Source: Candidatus Komeilibacteria bacterium CG11_big_fil_rev_8_21_14_0_20_36_20
Lineage (GTDB): Bacteria > Patescibacteriota > Patescibacteriia > UBA1558 > GWA2-36-10
Reading direction: 5' to 3'
DNA length: 64,000 nucleotides
Assembly: GCA_002787405.1 (NCBI GenBank)
Contig: PCWQ01000009.1
Location: 132 to 64,131 of the forward strand
The notes beneath the pieces are model-generated. The model saw only the letters and a program-made list of their open reading frames with translations, did not search any database and was not told where the DNA came from. Positions 47,921-58,824 of the stretch are shown one piece after another; within the stretch, counting starts at the first letter, position 1, and every line of letters begins with the position of its first letter. A program made the position numbers and the translations under genes.

Positions 47921-48153
47921 ATTAATTATTAGATAATTAACCCACTTCTTTAACAGAAGTAAGTGGCTGTTAAATGCAGCTTTTAATTAGATAACTGTGT
48001 TACTCTACCATAATTGTTAGGATAAATCAAGGATGACATTTTAAAGAAATTAAGGGCCATTTTAGTTGCTTTTATTATGATTGTTTACCTTTACTTTTAA
48101 CTATTTTTATGTTAAAATAAGAGTGTTTTTAAAGATTTAAAAAATCCAAAAAT

Positions 48154-48759
48154 ATGATAATTTCATGGCATGGTTTTAACTACTTTAAGGTGCAAAATAG
48201 TCACCGTAGTATTGTTTTAAATCCTTATAGTTTAGATAAGACTACTAAATTAAGCAAAACTAAAGCGGATATTGTAATTTTTTCCGATCCAACAAAACTG
48301 GCTGCCAGTAAATTTGACAAGGACGCTTTTGTAATTAATTCGCCAGGAGAATATGAAGCCAATAATGTTTTTATTTATGGTGAGAAAGTTAAAGGTAATA
48401 TTGTTTATTTGATTGTTTTTGAAGATATTAAACTTGCTTTTTTAGGAGAGTTTGGCCATCAAGAATTAACTAACGGTGATATTGAGTTAATTGAAGGGGC
48501 GGACATTTTGATTTTACCAGTTGGCGGAGGAGAGCTGACTAATATTAAAGAGGCCATGAGGATTATTAACCAAGTAGATCCGCGAGTAGTTATCCCTAGT
48601 TGCCATGCGGCTGGTAGTTTTAAACTAAAAGCAGAAAATGTTTCCCAGTTTATTAAAGAGTTTGGCGTGCGGCCCGAAGAAATGGAAAAATATAAAATTC
48701 AACAAAAAGATTTACCGCAGGATGATATGAAATTAATCGTTCTTAATTTAAAACAATGA
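48154..48759 (+). CDS. MBL-fold hydrolase-like protein (Lactamase_B_3-type)
   Basis: MIISWHGFNYFKV start typical of the family; 201 aa. Confidence 0.5.
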   Translation: MIISWHGFNYFKVQNSHRSIVLNPYSLDKTTKLSKTKADIVIFSDPTKLAASKFDKDAFVINSPGEYEANNVFIYGEKVKGNIVYLIVFEDIKLAFLGEFGHQELTNGDIELIEGADILILPVGGGELTNIKEAMRIINQVDPRVVIPSCHAAGSFKLKAENVSQFIKEFGVRPEEMEKYKIQQKDLPQDDMKLIVLNLKQ

Positions 48760-49073
48760 TTTTTTTTACCAATAACAACACTAAATTTACTGGGCTGTTT
48801 GTTTTGGTTTTAGTTTTTTCGTTAGTGATGATTGTCGGTTGGGTTAAGACAAATTCTTTGCAGTCCACTCAAAATTCTCTCGCTGATGGGGAGTGGGCTA
48901 ATATTACTGAACAGTCTTTTGAAGCTTGGGAAAAAGCTCAAGAGAGTTTTGAATTTAGTAAAACACAAACGAAAAATTTAGGGGAGGAATTACAAAGGGA
49001 GGTTGAGCAGCAAGCTCTTTTAGAAGAAACCAGAGAATATCTGGATAATGTCACCAGCACTCCTAGCGAGTAG
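48756..49073 (+). CDS. small secreted/membrane-anchored protein, hypothetical
   Basis: N-terminal TM; ATGA overlap with upstream gene. Confidence 0.45.
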   Translation: MIFFTNNNTKFTGLFVLVLVFSLVMIVGWVKTNSLQSTQNSLADGEWANITEQSFEAWEKAQESFEFSKTQTKNLGEELQREVEQQALLEETREYLDNVTSTPSE

Positions 49074-49099
49074 CTGTCTTTAAGTAATCAAGTTACAAC

Positions 49100-51619
49100 A
49101 TGAAGAAAAAGATAAGTAAAAAAATTATCAAAAAATCAGCTAGACCAACATCAGTCGTTCAGGACGACTTAAAACATAATAATCAAGGCAAAGTAGAACC
49201 GCTCTCTATTGTGGAGGAGATGCGTAATTCTTATATTGATTATGCTATGAGTGTTATTGTTGCTCGAGCTCTACCAGATGTTCGTGATGGCTTAAAGCCG
49301 GTTCATCGTCGTATTTTATATGCTATGTGGAGTTTGGGTTTAAAGCATAGTTCTAAATTTAGGAAATCAGCTACTGTTGTTGGTGAAGTTTTAGGTAAAT
49401 ATCATCCACACGGTGACGTAGCAGTTTATGATTCTATGGTTAGAATGGCCCAGGATTTTGCCATGCGTTATCCTTTGGTCAATGGTCAAGGTAATTTTGG
49501 CTCTATGGACGGCGATAATGCTGCCGCTATGCGTTACACGGAAGCTAAATTGGAAGATTTAGCCGAGGAATTAATGCTAGATATTGAAAAAAACACCGTT
49601 GATTTTATTCCTAATTACGATGGTTCACATAAGGAGCCAAAAGTAATGCCAGCTAAGTTGCCTAATCTATTACTTAACGGCGCTACTGGCATTGCCGTAG
49701 GCATGGCCACTAATATTCCTCCTCATAATTTGGGCGAATTAATTGAAGCTATTACTTTTTTGATTGATAGTCCTAATAGTACGGTCGATGAATTGATGGA
49801 GTATGTTCATGGTCCTGATTTTCCTACAGGCGGAGTTATTTATAACATAGAGGATATTCGGGCGGCCTATGCTACTGGTCGGGGCGGAATTGTAATGAGA
49901 GGTGAGGCAGAGATTGTAGAAAATAAGGCGGACCAGTTTCAAATTATTGTTAGTTCAGTTCCTTACCAGGTAAATAAAGCTACTTTATTGGAAAGAATTG
50001 CCACTTTAGTTAAAGACAAGAAGATTGATGGTATTAGAGATTTAAGAGATGAATCAAATAAAGATGGTGTCAGAATTGTTATTGAGTTAAAAAAGGAAGC
50101 TTACCCCAAAAAGATTTTAAATAATCTTTACAAGCATACCCAATTGCAAGAGAAGTTTCATGTTAATATGTTGGCTCTGTTGGATGGTCTACAGCCGCGG
50201 GTATTAAATCTAAAGAATATTTTAGAAGAATATATTAAACATCGTCAGGAAGTAGTGGTTCGCCGTACTCAATTTGATTTAGACAAAGCTAAAGATCGAG
50301 CCCATATTTTAGAAGGACTTAAAAAAGCTCTGGATAAAATTGATGCCGTCATTAAAATTATTAAAGCTTCTAAAGATAAAGAAGTGGCCAAAGTCAACTT
50401 AATAAAGAAGTTTAAATTGACGGAAAGACAGGCCGTTGCTATTTTAGAGATGAAGCTACAGAGCTTAGCTAATTTGGAAAGATTGAAGATAGAAAATGAA
50501 CTCAAGGAAAAATTAAAATTAATTAATAGTTTGTCAGCTATTCTAAAAAGCAAGACTAAAGTTTTACAGATTATCAAAGATGAATTAACCAACTTGAAAA
50601 ATAAATTTGCCGATGAAAGAAGAACCAAAGTTGTTAAGTCGGCCGTTGATCAGATGACTGTTAAGGATTTAATTCCTAATGAAGCGGCAGTTATTACCAT
50701 TACCCATGACGGCTATATTAAGAGATTGTCTCCGGAAAATTTCCGTACCCAAACGCGAGGAGGCAAGGGTGTGATGGGGTTGACCACCAAAGAACAGGAC
50801 GAAGTAGAGTTATTTTTTACCACTAATACTCATGCTGATTTGATGTTTTTTACCACTCGAGGTAGAGTCTTTCAGTTAAAGGCCTACGAAGTGCCACAGT
50901 TGTCGCGTACAGCCAAGGGACAGAATATTGTTAACTTTCTTCAGTTATCGCCGGAAGAAAAAGTTTCTTCAGTTTTACAGAGTGAGGATTTTAACAGTTT
51001 TAAGTATTTGGTGATGGTGACAGAGAAAGGCTTGATTAAAAGGGTAGAAGTTAATAATCTTACTAAAGTAAGACGGTCTGGTTTAATTGCTATTAAATTA
51101 AAACAGAGTGATGTCTTGGGATGGGTTAAATTATCAAGCGGTCAGGATGATATTATGTTAGTAACCAGTAAAGGACAATCAATTCGCTTTAAAGAAAAGA
51201 ATGTGCGGATCATGGGTCGCGGTGCGGCTGGAGTCAGAGGTATTAGGTTGAAGAAAGATGACGAGGTTATTGGAGTGGATATTATTGCTGAAGGCAAACC
51301 AGGTAAAGATGAGCAATTACTAGTGGTCACTACTAATGGTTTTGGCAAGCGCACTAATTTAGCGGCTTATAAAGTGCAGGGTCGGGGTGGTTCAGGTATT
51401 AAAACCGCTCAAATTACTCCCAAGACCGGCAATATGGCGGCAGCAATGATTGTTAGTCGCAAGATAGAGACTGAAGATCTGATTATTATTTCTAAAAAAG
51501 GACAGGTCATTCGCTTAACTATTAAATCCATTAGTATTTTAGGACGGGCTACTCAGGGGGTGCGTTTGATGAGGTTTAAAGATTCTGATGATAAAGTTTC
51601 TTCGGTAACTTTTATCTAA
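49100..51619 (+). CDS. gyrA: DNA gyrase subunit A
   Basis: [34 protein letters not shown]; 839 aa; C-terminal beta-pinwheel repeats. Confidence 0.95.
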   Translation: MKKKISKKIIKKSARPTSVVQDDLKHNNQGKVEPLSIVEEMRNSYIDYAMSVIVARALPDVRDGLKPVHRRILYAMWSLGLKHSSKFRKSATVVGEVLGKYHPHGDVAVYDSMVRMAQDFAMRYPLVNGQGNFGSMDGDNAAAMRYTEAKLEDLAEELMLDIEKNTVDFIPNYDGSHKEPKVMPAKLPNLLLNGATGIAVGMATNIPPHNLGELIEAITFLIDSPNSTVDELMEYVHGPDFPTGGVIYNIEDIRAAYATGRGGIVMRGEAEIVENKADQFQIIVSSVPYQVNKATLLERIATLVKDKKIDGIRDLRDESNKDGVRIVIELKKEAYPKKILNNLYKHTQLQEKFHVNMLALLDGLQPRVLNLKNILEEYIKHRQEVVVRRTQFDLDKAKDRAHILEGLKKALDKIDAVIKIIKASKDKEVAKVNLIKKFKLTERQAVAILEMKLQSLANLERLKIENELKEKLKLINSLSAILKSKTKVLQIIKDELTNLKNKFADERRTKVVKSAVDQMTVKDLIPNEAAVITITHDGYIKRLSPENFRTQTRGGKGVMGLTTKEQDEVELFFTTNTHADLMFFTTRGRVFQLKAYEVPQLSRTAKGQNIVNFLQLSPEEKVSSVLQSEDFNSFKYLVMVTEKGLIKRVEVNNLTKVRRSGLIAIKLKQSDVLGWVKLSSGQDDIMLVTSKGQSIRFKEKNVRIMGRGAAGVRGIRLKKDDEVIGVDIIAEGKPGKDEQLLVVTTNGFGKRTNLAAYKVQGRGGSGIKTAQITPKTGNMAAAMIVSRKIETEDLIIISKKGQVIRLTIKSISILGRATQGVRLMRFKDSDDKVSSVTFI

Positions 51620-51628
51620 ATTTAATAT

Positions 51629-51655
51629 AAAACTCCCCGCCTGGCGGGGAGTTTT
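51629..51655 (+). terminator. Rho-independent terminator of gyrA
   Basis: AAAACTCCCCGCCtggCGGGGAGTTTT. Confidence 0.8.
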
Positions 51656-51712
51656 GTCAACTTGTAAATCATAGCTATAAGTGTTAATCTTTAAAATAAT
51701 TAAAGTTTATCT

Positions 51713-52726
51713 ATGGAAGAAAGAGTGATATCGCCAGCCGAACAAAACAATGATCAAGATTTTGATTTAAATCTACGGCCCCAGAATTTTCAGGATTATG
51801 TAGGTCAAAAACAGGTTAAGGATAATTTGGATATTGTTTTAAGAGCAGCCAAAAATCGTCAGGAGTCCCTAGACCATGTTTTGTTGTTCGGTCCGCCGGG
51901 TTTGGGTAAAACCACCTTAGCTCATATCATTGCTAAGGAAATGGGAGTGAGCATGAAAGTTACTTCCGGACCGGCTATTTCCAAAGCCGGTGATTTGGCG
52001 GCTATTATCACCAACCTGCAGGATGGCGATATTTTATTTATTGATGAGATACATCGCTTAAATAAAATAGTGGAGGAGATTTTATATCCGGCCATGGAAG
52101 ACTTTGCTCTGGATATTATTTTAGGCAAGGGTCCTTCAGCCCAAATTCTTCGATTAGATTTACCTAAGTTTACGATTATTGGAGCGACTACTCGTTATAA
52201 TTTAATTTCTTCACCCTTACGTGATCGTTTTGGCATTACTTCCCGCTTAGATTTTTATCAGCCCGAGGAATTAGCGGATATTATCAAAAGATCTGCGCGA
52301 ATTCTCAAAGTCAATATTGATGATCAGGCCCGGATAGAAATTGCCGGACGCAGCCGAGCCACTCCTCGTATTGCTAATCGTATTTTAAAAAGAGTGAGAG
52401 ATTATGCTCAGGTTAAAGGTGATGGTAATGCTTCTTTGGAGCTGACTAAGCAGGCCCTTGATTTGATGCAAATAGACCAACATGGGCTTGATGAGCTTGA
52501 TCGCAAATTATTGAAAGTCCTGATTGAGAATTTTTCCGGCGGTCCGGTCGGTCTGAATACTTTGGCCGCAGCTGTGCAGGAAGAAGCTGGCACCATTGAA
52601 GAAATTTTCGAGCCTTATTTGATGCAGCTAGGTTTTTTATCGCGTACAGCCAAAGGACGAGTAGCCACTAAAAAAACTTATGAGTATTTAAGAGCTGATT
52701 TGCCTGAGAATAATCAGTTGTTTTAA
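51713..52726 (+). CDS. ruvB: Holliday junction branch migration ATPase RuvB
   Basis: [11 protein letters not shown]; sensor motifs; 337 aa. Confidence 0.95.
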   Translation: MEERVISPAEQNNDQDFDLNLRPQNFQDYVGQKQVKDNLDIVLRAAKNRQESLDHVLLFGPPGLGKTTLAHIIAKEMGVSMKVTSGPAISKAGDLAAIITNLQDGDILFIDEIHRLNKIVEEILYPAMEDFALDIILGKGPSAQILRLDLPKFTIIGATTRYNLISSPLRDRFGITSRLDFYQPEELADIIKRSARILKVNIDDQARIEIAGRSRATPRIANRILKRVRDYAQVKGDGNASLELTKQALDLMQIDQHGLDELDRKLLKVLIENFSGGPVGLNTLAAAVQEEAGTIEEIFEPYLMQLGFLSRTAKGRVATKKTYEYLRADLPENNQLF

Positions 52727-52731
52727 TTTAA

Positions 52732-52755
52732 AAATCCTCGCTAGGGCGAGGATTT
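52732..52755. terminator. terminator hairpin after ruvB (bidirectional)
   Basis: AATCCTCGCtaggGCGAGGATT. Confidence 0.75.
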
Positions 52756-52761
52756 GAGGTT

Positions 52762-52968
52762 TTATTCTATATCAGGTAGTGAAAAAAGGATTATCATACC
52801 AATAGCCAAGCACAAGAGGCAGGCAATTTTGACTACCGGCCAAGGCCAAGTTATTCCCTTCCAAAGAAGTCGGAAGACTTCGTATTTAAATCTATCATAG
52901 ATGTGATATTTTAAAATCACTAAGGCCACACCTATTAGATAGATTAAGACCATAATTTCCCAAGACAC
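52762..52968 (-). CDS. small membrane protein, hypothetical (68 aa)
   Basis: Two TM segments; ORF only. Confidence 0.35.
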   Translation of the reverse strand: MSWEIMVLIYLIGVALVILKYHIYDRFKYEVFRLLWKGITWPWPVVKIACLLCLAIGMIILFSLPDIE

Positions 52969-53159
52969 TTATACCTCCTTATAAACAACTATAAATCTTT
53001 GTTATCTTTACAGTTATTAGTTTATTTGTCAATAATAAGATATAAATTACCGCATAATTAATAAAATATTATGTGGTTTTTAATAATTTGCATAGTAGTA
53101 TATATTATGCTAGAGTCGATTAACTTTGTTCTTTACCAATTTTTAATATAGGAGGAAGC

Positions 53160-54110
53160 TTGTTAAACTTTAAAGTAAAGTATTTGCGTGCGGCTTATTT
53201 TCTGACAAAAAATTATCTGAAAAATTATCCTTCTTTTGCTGCCTTGGAGCTGATGGGCACATGTAACAATAATTGTCCTTATTGTAGTTTTGCCGGATTA
53301 TCCAATGGTCAAAAAGACTTAGCAGACGATGATTGGTATCACATCGTTGATGAGTTTATTAAGAGAGGTGTAATATCCTTTTCTTTTATAGGTAGGGAAC
53401 CATTTTTGCGGAAAGATTTGTTGTTTAAACTAATTCATCGGGTTCGCAATAAAGCCATCACAGGCGTGGTCACTAATGGTATTTTGGTGACCAGCGAAGA
53501 TATTATTCAGATGAAAGAGTTGGGGCTAGATTATTTTCAATTATCTGTCCATTCTTTAAAAGATCTTCAACGAAATTTAGATCTAACCATTGAGGCCAGG
53601 AAAATTGGATTAGTTGCTTCATTATCAATGGTGGTGTATTCCAAAAATATGAACTTATGGCGAAAGCTTATTAAGGCATGTCAAGATAATGAAATTATAT
53701 TTAATTTTTGTCTTTGTCAGCAGTTGAAGAACAGTCAAACGACCTCATATCTGATTAAAGATATTATCTCACCATCAGACCTTAATGAAGTATTAACCCA
53801 CGCCAATGAATTATTTAGAACAAATCCGGGGTTGATAAGAAACTCTCGCAAATATATTAATTCCTTAAAGAATTCATTATGGCATTGTGATCCTGAAATA
53901 TTTGCCCGTCTTCATATTAATTACAGAGGCGAGTTTAATGCTTGCACGGCCTTTAACACAGGCGTTTTATTTGAAGATTGGGTGAAATATCAAGTCGAGG
54001 CAATAAAAGTTCGGCGTTCATGTCAAGGGTGTAATTACGCCTGTGAAATGGATTTTGCATCTTTATCCAATGTTGTTAGAGACATCTTTAGGGTATCAAT
54101 TAGACAGTAA
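53160..54110 (+). CDS. radical SAM protein with C-terminal Cys-rich (SPASM/twitch-like) region; TTG start with strong SD
   Basis: CNNNCPYC (Cx3Cx2C); C-terminal WHCDP...C...CQGCNYAC; AGGAGG 5 nt upstream of TTG. Confidence 0.75.
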   Translation: MLNFKVKYLRAAYFLTKNYLKNYPSFAALELMGTCNNNCPYCSFAGLSNGQKDLADDDWYHIVDEFIKRGVISFSFIGREPFLRKDLLFKLIHRVRNKAITGVVTNGILVTSEDIIQMKELGLDYFQLSVHSLKDLQRNLDLTIEARKIGLVASLSMVVYSKNMNLWRKLIKACQDNEIIFNFCLCQQLKNSQTTSYLIKDIISPSDLNEVLTHANELFRTNPGLIRNSRKYINSLKNSLWHCDPEIFARLHINYRGEFNACTAFNTGVLFEDWVKYQVEAIKVRRSCQGCNYACEMDFASLSNVVRDIFRVSIRQ

Positions 54111-54171
54111 TCGGCAGTCCGTTGGAAAATACTGTCGATTTTTGTTATTATAAGATTGTTATAATATAACT

Positions 54172-54711
54172 ATGAAACCCAAGCTTTTACTACATACTTG
54201 TTGCGCCACTTGTGCTATTTATGTGATTGAACAGCTAGTTCAAAAATTTGAAGTAACTGTTTATTTTTATGGTCCTAATATTCATCCTCGTCAGGAATAT
54301 AATCAGCGGCGTGAGGAGATAAAGAAGTATACTAAAAAAATCGGCTTGAATTTTCAAGAAGGAGAATATGACACAGCTTTATGGTTTAAAAAGACTAAAG
54401 GACTAGAGCAGGAGCCAGAAAAAGGCAGACGTTGCAGCGTTTGTTTTGGGTTGCGTTTGAGCTCAACCGCTCAAAAAGCTCAAGCAGAAGGTTATGATGC
54501 TTTTGCCTCCACTTTGTCCATCAGTCCTCATAAAGACAATAAGATGATTAGCTTAATAGGTTCTCATCTGGCTGAAGTTTTTAGATTGACTTTTTTGGAC
54601 AAAGATTGGAAAAAGCAGGACGGTTTTAAAATAGCCAATCAGTTAAGTCAGGAGGAAAATTTTTACCGCCAAAATTACTGCGGCTGCGTTTATTCCAAGA
54701 GAAATAAGTAA
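54172..54711 (+). CDS. queH: epoxyqueuosine reductase QueH (DUF208)
   Basis: LLLHTCCATC N-terminus, CSVCF, YCGCVYS C-terminus, characteristic of QueH. Confidence 0.75.
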   Translation: MKPKLLLHTCCATCAIYVIEQLVQKFEVTVYFYGPNIHPRQEYNQRREEIKKYTKKIGLNFQEGEYDTALWFKKTKGLEQEPEKGRRCSVCFGLRLSSTAQKAQAEGYDAFASTLSISPHKDNKMISLIGSHLAEVFRLTFLDKDWKKQDGFKIANQLSQEENFYRQNYCGCVYSKRNK

Positions 54712-54721
54712 TAATCATAAC

Positions 54722-54803
54722 GTCATTGCGAGCCCCCGCGTTGCGGGGGGCGAAGCAATCTCAATAAGATTGCCATGTCGCCCTTCGGGCTCCTCGCAAT
54801 GAC
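54722..54803. repeat. 82-bp MITE/REP-like element with perfect 11-bp terminal inverted repeats GTCATTGCGAG / CTCGCAATGAC
   Basis: Internal hairpins CCCCCGCgttGCGGGGG and GCCCttcgGGGC plus GCGAAGC; right half matches 6301-6344. Confidence 0.7.
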
Positions 54804-54814
54804 CTTGCAAAATC

Positions 54815-55879
54815 ATGAATATAAATTTATTTGATTACAATCTGCCGAAAAATTTGATTGCCCAAAAGCAAATCAAACCGCGCGACCATTCGCGGCTTTT
54901 GGTTTTGGAGAGGCAAAGCCAAAAAATTAAGCACCAGCATTTTTATGATCTGCCTGATATTTTAAATGAAAATGATATTCTGGTTTTAAATGAAACTAAA
55001 GTTTTTCCGGCGCGTCTTTTGGGTCAAAAGAAAACCGGTGGCCGCGTAGAGGTTTTTTTGATTAGAAAAGTCAAAGCAAATATCTGGCAAGCGATGATCG
55101 GCGGTCGCAATCTAAAATCAGGCGACCAGATTTATTTTAAACATGATTTTCAGGTTAAATTAGTCAAAAAAGTGGAGAGTAAAGTTTGGCAAATTGAGTT
55201 TAATAAATCTGGCCAAGAGTCAGAACGCTTAATTGAAAAAATTGGTCAGACGCCTTTACCGCCATATATTAAAACTCAAGACAGTCAGCAAATCAGGAAA
55301 GATTACCAGACAATTTTTGCCAAAAATCAGGGTTCGATTGCTGCTCCTACAGCCGGCTTGCATTTTACTAAAAGAATACTGCAAAAATTAAAAGCCAAAA
55401 ATATTCAAGTTTATAAAATTACTCTTCATGTTGGGTTAGGCACCTTTGCGCCGGTGGATGTAGAAGATATCACTAAATATCAAATTCACTCAGAGTTGGT
55501 CAGTATTGATAGTCAGACAGCTAGAGAATTAAATCAGCTAAAAAAGCAAAACCTCTCGACTTCGCTCGAGGCAAGTAAAAAAATTATTGCTGTAGGCACG
55601 ACTACTGCCAGAGCCCTAGAAGCTTTTACTGACAAAAAGGGGAAATTGCATTCAGGAAACAAATGGGTAGATCTTTATATTTATCCTGGATATAAATATA
55701 GATTTGTTGATGATTTGATTACTAATTTTCATTTGCCTAAAAGTTCACTTCTATTTATGGTCGCTGCCTTAGCTGGCCGAGAAAATATTTTAAAAGCTTA
55801 TCAAAAAGCGATTAAATTAAAATATAGATTTTATTCTTTTGGCGATGCCATGCTGATCACGGGGTGTAGGGATATTTGA
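54815..55879 (+). CDS. queA: S-adenosylmethionine:tRNA ribosyltransferase-isomerase
   Basis: N-terminal pattern LFDYNLP..IAQ.P...R..SRLLVL; IAVGTTTARALE motif. Confidence 0.9.
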   Translation: MNINLFDYNLPKNLIAQKQIKPRDHSRLLVLERQSQKIKHQHFYDLPDILNENDILVLNETKVFPARLLGQKKTGGRVEVFLIRKVKANIWQAMIGGRNLKSGDQIYFKHDFQVKLVKKVESKVWQIEFNKSGQESERLIEKIGQTPLPPYIKTQDSQQIRKDYQTIFAKNQGSIAAPTAGLHFTKRILQKLKAKNIQVYKITLHVGLGTFAPVDVEDITKYQIHSELVSIDSQTARELNQLKKQNLSTSLEASKKIIAVGTTTARALEAFTDKKGKLHSGNKWVDLYIYPGYKYRFVDDLITNFHLPKSSLLFMVAALAGRENILKAYQKAIKLKYRFYSFGDAMLITGCRDI

Positions 55880-55953
55880 CTGCTTGCCTGTCTTGTGTTT
55901 ATATTTAGATATAAATCTTGAATTAGCTCTTTTGATTTGGAGGGTCATCAACG

Positions 55954-56223
55954 ATGAAAACAGTCAGTGATTTAACTTTCAAACACCCCGAAATTCAGTC
56001 AGGAGAAATTTTTTATTGCAATATGGACGAAGGAAATTTCCGTAAACTTAATTGGCAGACCAAGCGGTGGGGAAACAGAGCATATACTTATGAAGGCAAT
56101 TCTATCTCCAGCTCTTCAAGGCCGGTTTTTATCAAAAAATCCGAGTGTGATAAAAGAAAAGTTACGCCACACGATGACTACAATATATTTGATAGTTTAG
56201 GGTATAATCCAACCATCAAATAA
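55954..56223 (+). CDS. hypothetical protein (89 aa)
   Basis: ORF only. Confidence 0.4.
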   Translation: MKTVSDLTFKHPEIQSGEIFYCNMDEGNFRKLNWQTKRWGNRAYTYEGNSISSSSRPVFIKKSECDKRKVTPHDDYNIFDSLGYNPTIK

Positions 56224-56245
56224 TTCTGAAAAATATTTACTTTAA

Positions 56246-56270
56246 AAACCTGCTCATCGGGCAGGTTTTA
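56246..56270 (+). terminator. terminator hairpin (plus strand)
   Basis: ACCTGCtcatcggGCAGGTttt. Confidence 0.55.
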
Positions 56271-56288
56271 AAAATTTTTCCAAAAGAA

Positions 56289-56319
56289 AAACTCCACCTG
56301 CCCCAAGTAGGTGGAGTTT
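56289..56319 (-). terminator. terminator hairpin for the minus-strand genes 57608->56578
   Basis: AACTCCACCTgccccaagtAGGTGGAGTT, with T-run on the minus strand. Confidence 0.55.
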
Positions 56320-56577
56320 ATAAAACTTCCGTGTACATTAATTGTACATTTTTTATTTTAAGCTTTTTGTTTCAACAACTATTTTATTTATGATTTTAAG
56401 CATTATACTATAGATAATGCGTTTTAGTTGTTTGAACAACGGCTTAAAATTTCTTTCAATGAACTATTACTATTGTAGTATAGCACGCTTGACGGATTTT
56501 GTAAAGAGAGACTTATATTTTACCCTTTAAAAGCAAAGTACATTTTATAAATTTGCTCATAAAATTGGTTCTCCTGG

Positions 56578-57174
56578 TTAAAAAAAACTAATCCAGTAGC
56601 GCAACCAGACATCGCAGTTTTGAACAATGGATTGGAAGCCAAAAACTATTGGTACTCTTCTGCCTTGAGAGAGATGGCAGACTAATGGTCTAATAGTGCT
56701 GTTCCAAATAAAGGCGGCTATAGGTTCGAGATAAGATATAATCGAGGATAAAGAAGAAATTTTATGACTGGTCAGCGAAAAGATATTGTCATTTTGGGGT
56801 ATGGCCAATAACCAACTAAGGCCGTGAAAAATCCAATAGTTAAGATAGCAAACTACTGGTGTTATGACCAAAGCATTAATATAAATGATTATTCTATGGT
56901 CAATGTTCAGTATTTTTGCTGACTTAATTAGATCTTCTTTAGCCATTGGTCCGATCATCAAGCCGATCAGGAAGTAATCACATCCCTTCTGGACAGTCAG
57001 AAGGAGCGTGTTAGTGAAATAACCAAAATTTATCAGTATATAATCGGTAAAGTTTGCATGGACAGCGATTATTTTTTCTCTTAAGTTAAGATAATAAGAG
57101 ATAATCTTTTTATTAATAAAGCCCATGTTATCATTTAATAAAACTCTCCTGAGGAGAGCATGGTCTGTCTGCAT
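56578..57174 (-). CDS. membrane protein, hypothetical
   Basis: 198 aa, several TM segments. Confidence 0.5.
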   Translation of the reverse strand: MQTDHALLRRVLLNDNMGFINKKIISYYLNLREKIIAVHANFTDYILINFGYFTNTLLLTVQKGCDYFLIGLMIGPMAKEDLIKSAKILNIDHRIIIYINALVITPVVCYLNYWIFHGLSWLLAIPQNDNIFSLTSHKISSLSSIISYLEPIAAFIWNSTIRPLVCHLSQGRRVPIVFGFQSIVQNCDVWLRYWISFF

Positions 57175-57197
57175 TTACTCTCCTTGTGTTGGGTAGT

Positions 57198-57608
57198 TTA
57201 TTTAAATAATCTATCAAATGTCTGGCTTAATCGCCGAAATGCTTGATAGCGCCACAATTTATTGTTGATCAGGTAAAGAGGTGTCTGAACATGAAAGCTA
57301 TGTTGGACTAGATCATCAAAAATAACGACAGCACCAACGATTTTTAGAGGTTTGGATTTGAAATAATAACCAAATCCTAAAATAGCTGCTCCCCAATAGA
57401 GGTGATGATTTTCTTGCCAGTGGAATGAATGTAGAGGTGAAGCATCTCTTTGATTAATATTTAATTTTGTCCAAGGGCTGATAGTTTCGATGTTAGAAAA
57501 TGAATGAAATGATATAGTTAGACCTAAATACATTTCATTATTAGCCCAGCTTGTATAAGAGCCGGCAACTAAAATGGCCAATAGCCACCAGAAGATTCTT
57601 TTCTTCAT
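57198..57608 (-). CDS. secreted protein, hypothetical (signal peptide)
   Basis: MKKRIFWWLLAILVAGSYTSWA signal peptide. Confidence 0.5.
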   Translation of the reverse strand: MKKRIFWWLLAILVAGSYTSWANNEMYLGLTISFHSFSNIETISPWTKLNINQRDASPLHSFHWQENHHLYWGAAILGFGYYFKSKPLKIVGAVVIFDDLVQHSFHVQTPLYLINNKLWRYQAFRRLSQTFDRLFK

Positions 57609-57680
57609 TTTGTCCCCCAATTTTTAAGGTACTTTTAATATGTTAGAATAACTTAACTGTTTTTTAAAACATAGTCAATC

Positions 57681-58742
57681 TTAGTTAAAATGGAAGTGGA
57701 CAGTATCTCCATCCTGTATTATATACTCCTTACCTTCCATTCGGATTAGTCCTTTTTCTTTGGCCTGATTCCAGTTCTTGGCCTCCAGCAGTTTTTGCCA
57801 ATTAATCACTTCCGCCCGAATGAATCCTTTTTCAAAATCAGTGTGAATCACGCCGGCGGCTTGTGGAGCTTTGGTACCGTTGATCACAGTCCAGGCCTTC
57901 GTTTCTTCTGGGCCGGTAGTAATAAAGGTAATTAAATTTAACAGTTGATAACTGGCGGTGATTAGATTATCCAAGCCGCTTTTCTTAATGCCTAATTCCT
58001 GTAGGTATTTTTGCGCTTCCTCGATAGATAATTCAGCTATTTCGGCTTCTAATTTAGCGCAGATGGCTAGACTATTTTCTGGAAAATTGAGCTTTTCCCC
58101 TATAGTATTTTCGGCGATATTATAAAGATAGATAATCGGTTTGATGGTTAGGAGATTAATTTTTTTTAAAATTTTATGTTCTTCAGCACTCCATTCTCGG
58201 CTGTTTAATAAGGCATTATTCTCTAAAATAGACTTAGCTTGATTAACTATGTCTTTTTCCCGCAGTAATATTTTGTCAGTGGAGCCCTTGAGTTGTTTGT
58301 TTAATTTTTCCAGATGTTTACTAATTGTTTCTGAATCAGCCAAGACTAATTCTAAATTAATCACTTGCTTGTCTTCTTCAGGATTTATTTGTCCGTGAAC
58401 ATGGACAACGTCTTTATTCTCAAAACTGCGAATTACCTGCACAATAGCATCAACCTCTCTGATGTGGGAAAGAAATTTATTTCCTAAACCCTCGCCTTCG
58501 GAGGCACCCTTAACTAATCCAGCAATATCGACAAACTCAATAGCTGTCGGAATAATTTTGGCCGATTTTGACATAATTGCTAATTTATCCAAACGGTTAT
58601 CCGGCACTGTTACTATCCCAACATTAGGGGCAATAGTGCAAAAAGGATAATTAGCGGCTTCTACCTTTTTTTTAGTTAGAGCTTGAAATAGAGTTGATTT
58701 GCCGACATTGGGCAGACCAACTATTCCCAGAGAAAATGACAT
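57681..58742 (-). CDS. ychF: ribosome-binding ATPase YchF
   Basis: [12 protein letters not shown]1 motif; TGS-like C-terminal domain; 353 aa. Confidence 0.9.
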   Translation of the reverse strand: MSFSLGIVGLPNVGKSTLFQALTKKKVEAANYPFCTIAPNVGIVTVPDNRLDKLAIMSKSAKIIPTAIEFVDIAGLVKGASEGEGLGNKFLSHIREVDAIVQVIRSFENKDVVHVHGQINPEEDKQVINLELVLADSETISKHLEKLNKQLKGSTDKILLREKDIVNQAKSILENNALLNSREWSAEEHKILKKINLLTIKPIIYLYNIAENTIGEKLNFPENSLAICAKLEAEIAELSIEEAQKYLQELGIKKSGLDNLITASYQLLNLITFITTGPEETKAWTVINGTKAPQAAGVIHTDFEKGFIRAEVINWQKLLEAKNWNQAKEKGLIRMEGKEYIIQDGDTVHFHFN

Positions 58743-58824
58743 TTAGACTTTGTTAATTTAATATTATTGACAAAAGTTTTATTGTGTGATATTCTATTAA
58801 TAGAATCCACATGAAAAATACCTC

